Below are positions 63,205-64,000 of a stretch of 64,000 nt of DNA, piece by piece; positions within the stretch are counted from its first letter, which is position 1; each line of letters begins with the position of its first letter. The translations under genes were made by a program, and so were the position numbers. The notes beneath the pieces are model-generated. The model made no database searches and was not told where the DNA came from. It was given only the letters and a program-made list of their open reading frames with translations. Origin of the DNA: a virus; IMG/VR virus record IMGVR_UViG_3300042541_002760, one strand, 5' to 3'.

Positions 63205-63753
63205 TCAATAGTCTGCGTCTGTTAATGGTTTGCCTTGCATGTCTTTGACAGACAACAAGGGATCGATGCCTTCAAGTTTCCAATCAATACCAATAAGAGG
63301 ATCGTTCCATGCGATGCAACGCTCAAATTGTGGTGCAAAGAAATTTGTGGTCTTGTAAAGGAATTCTGCGGTTTCACTGAGAACTAAAAATCCATGTGCA
63401 AATCCTGGTGGGATCCACAGTTGCTTTTTGTTCTGCGCGGAAAGAATTTCGCCTACCCACTTGCCAAATGTGGGAGATGACTTACGGATATCCACCGCAA
63501 CATCAAACACCTCTCCTTGCGACACACGCACTAACTTTCCTTGTGGTTGTTGCTTAGTTTGGTAGTGCAGTCCGCGCAACACGCCCTTTGCAGAGCGTGA
63601 ATGATTGTCCTGTACAAATTGAGGTGCGGATTGACCAAGTGCTTGTTCAAATACACGCTCGTTGAAACTTTCGTAGAAGAATCCCCGAGAATCTTCAAAT
63701 ACCTTGGGCGTGAAGCAAATCACATCTGGAATTGTCAATTTTTGTACTTGCAT
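63205..63753 (-). CDS. rmlC: dTDP-4-dehydrorhamnose 3,5-epimerase
   Basis: DSRGFFYES, FVQDNHS.S..GVLRGLHYQ, DVAVDIR..SPTFG.W, GFAHGF. Confidence 0.96.
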   Translation of the reverse strand: MQVQKLTIPDVICFTPKVFEDSRGFFYESFNERVFEQALGQSAPQFVQDNHSRSAKGVLRGLHYQTKQQPQGKLVRVSQGEVFDVAVDIRKSSPTFGKWVGEILSAQNKKQLWIPPGFAHGFLVLSETAEFLYKTTNFFAPQFERCIAWNDPLIGIDWKLEGIDPLLSVKDMQGKPLTDADY

Positions 63754-63757
63754 TATA

Positions 63758-64000
63758 TTAATTCCACCATTTGAATAGTCCTTTTGTTTGCTTTGCAGTC
63801 CACCCAAACTTATTAATCTTGTCTGTGCTGAGAGAATATCTAAGATCCTGTCCCCATCTATTGTCAACAAACTGTATTCCTTCTTTCCCCTTTCCGAAAG
63901 ACTCTAGTAGGTCAAGGGCAACTTCTAAATTGGTCATGTGGTTGTTTGCGCCAATGTTGAAGACATCGTTCTTTGCGCCACCCTGAATGAGTGTGTAAAT
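63758..64000 (-). CDS. rmlB: dTDP-glucose 4,6-dehydratase, C-terminal 80 aa (5'-truncated; not in ORF track)
   Basis: Hand translation ...VFNIGANNHMTNLEVA...IQFVDNRWGQDLRYSLSTDKI..FGW matches the RmlB C-terminus; immediately upstream of rmlC. Confidence 0.8.
   Translation of the reverse strand: MYTLIQGGAKNDVFNIGANNHMTNLEVALDLLESFGKGKEGIQFVDNRWGQDLRYSLSTDKINKFGWTAKQTKGLFKWWN

Overview
A 64-kb segment of a large T4-like (myovirus-type) bacteriophage genome in the standard genetic code; all calls come from motif recognition, not database searches. Core replication, recombination and transcription genes are recognisable: gp32, gp33, UvsY, UvsW, gp55, gp47, gp46, gp61 primase, gp41 helicase, RuvC-like and PD-(D/E)XK nucleases, a pyrimidine-dimer glycosylase, class II ribonucleotide reductase and ThyX. 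They are driven by sigma70-like promoters and a recurring late promoter, (C/A)TAAATA. Four accessory blocks are interleaved. (i) 11-25 kb: large Cys/Pro-rich late proteins, including an intact trypsin-like protease, a relative with all three catalytic residues replaced, and a degenerate GH56-hyaluronidase-like barrel; three of these surround an inverted gp46. (ii) 24.8-51.7 kb: about 17 fibre/collagen-like genes built from a few shared terminal modules and saturated with G-x-T tripeptides. (iii) 53.8-61 kb: probable capsid-packaged internal proteins, including a 1023-aa cytidylyltransferase + RimK ATP-grasp + RimB-like protease + DUF3140-like polyprotein, a ligase-like protein and a rare tRNA-Ile(UAU). 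(iv) Right end: rmlB-rmlC-O-methyltransferase. The best candidates for undescribed systems are an injected peptide-ligase/protease/nucleotidyltransferase payload, a BclA-like virion glycosylation system (G-x-T sequon plus rhamnose pathway), and a plug-and-socket branched fibre assembly. These three are inferences that need testing. The host cannot be assigned from this window.
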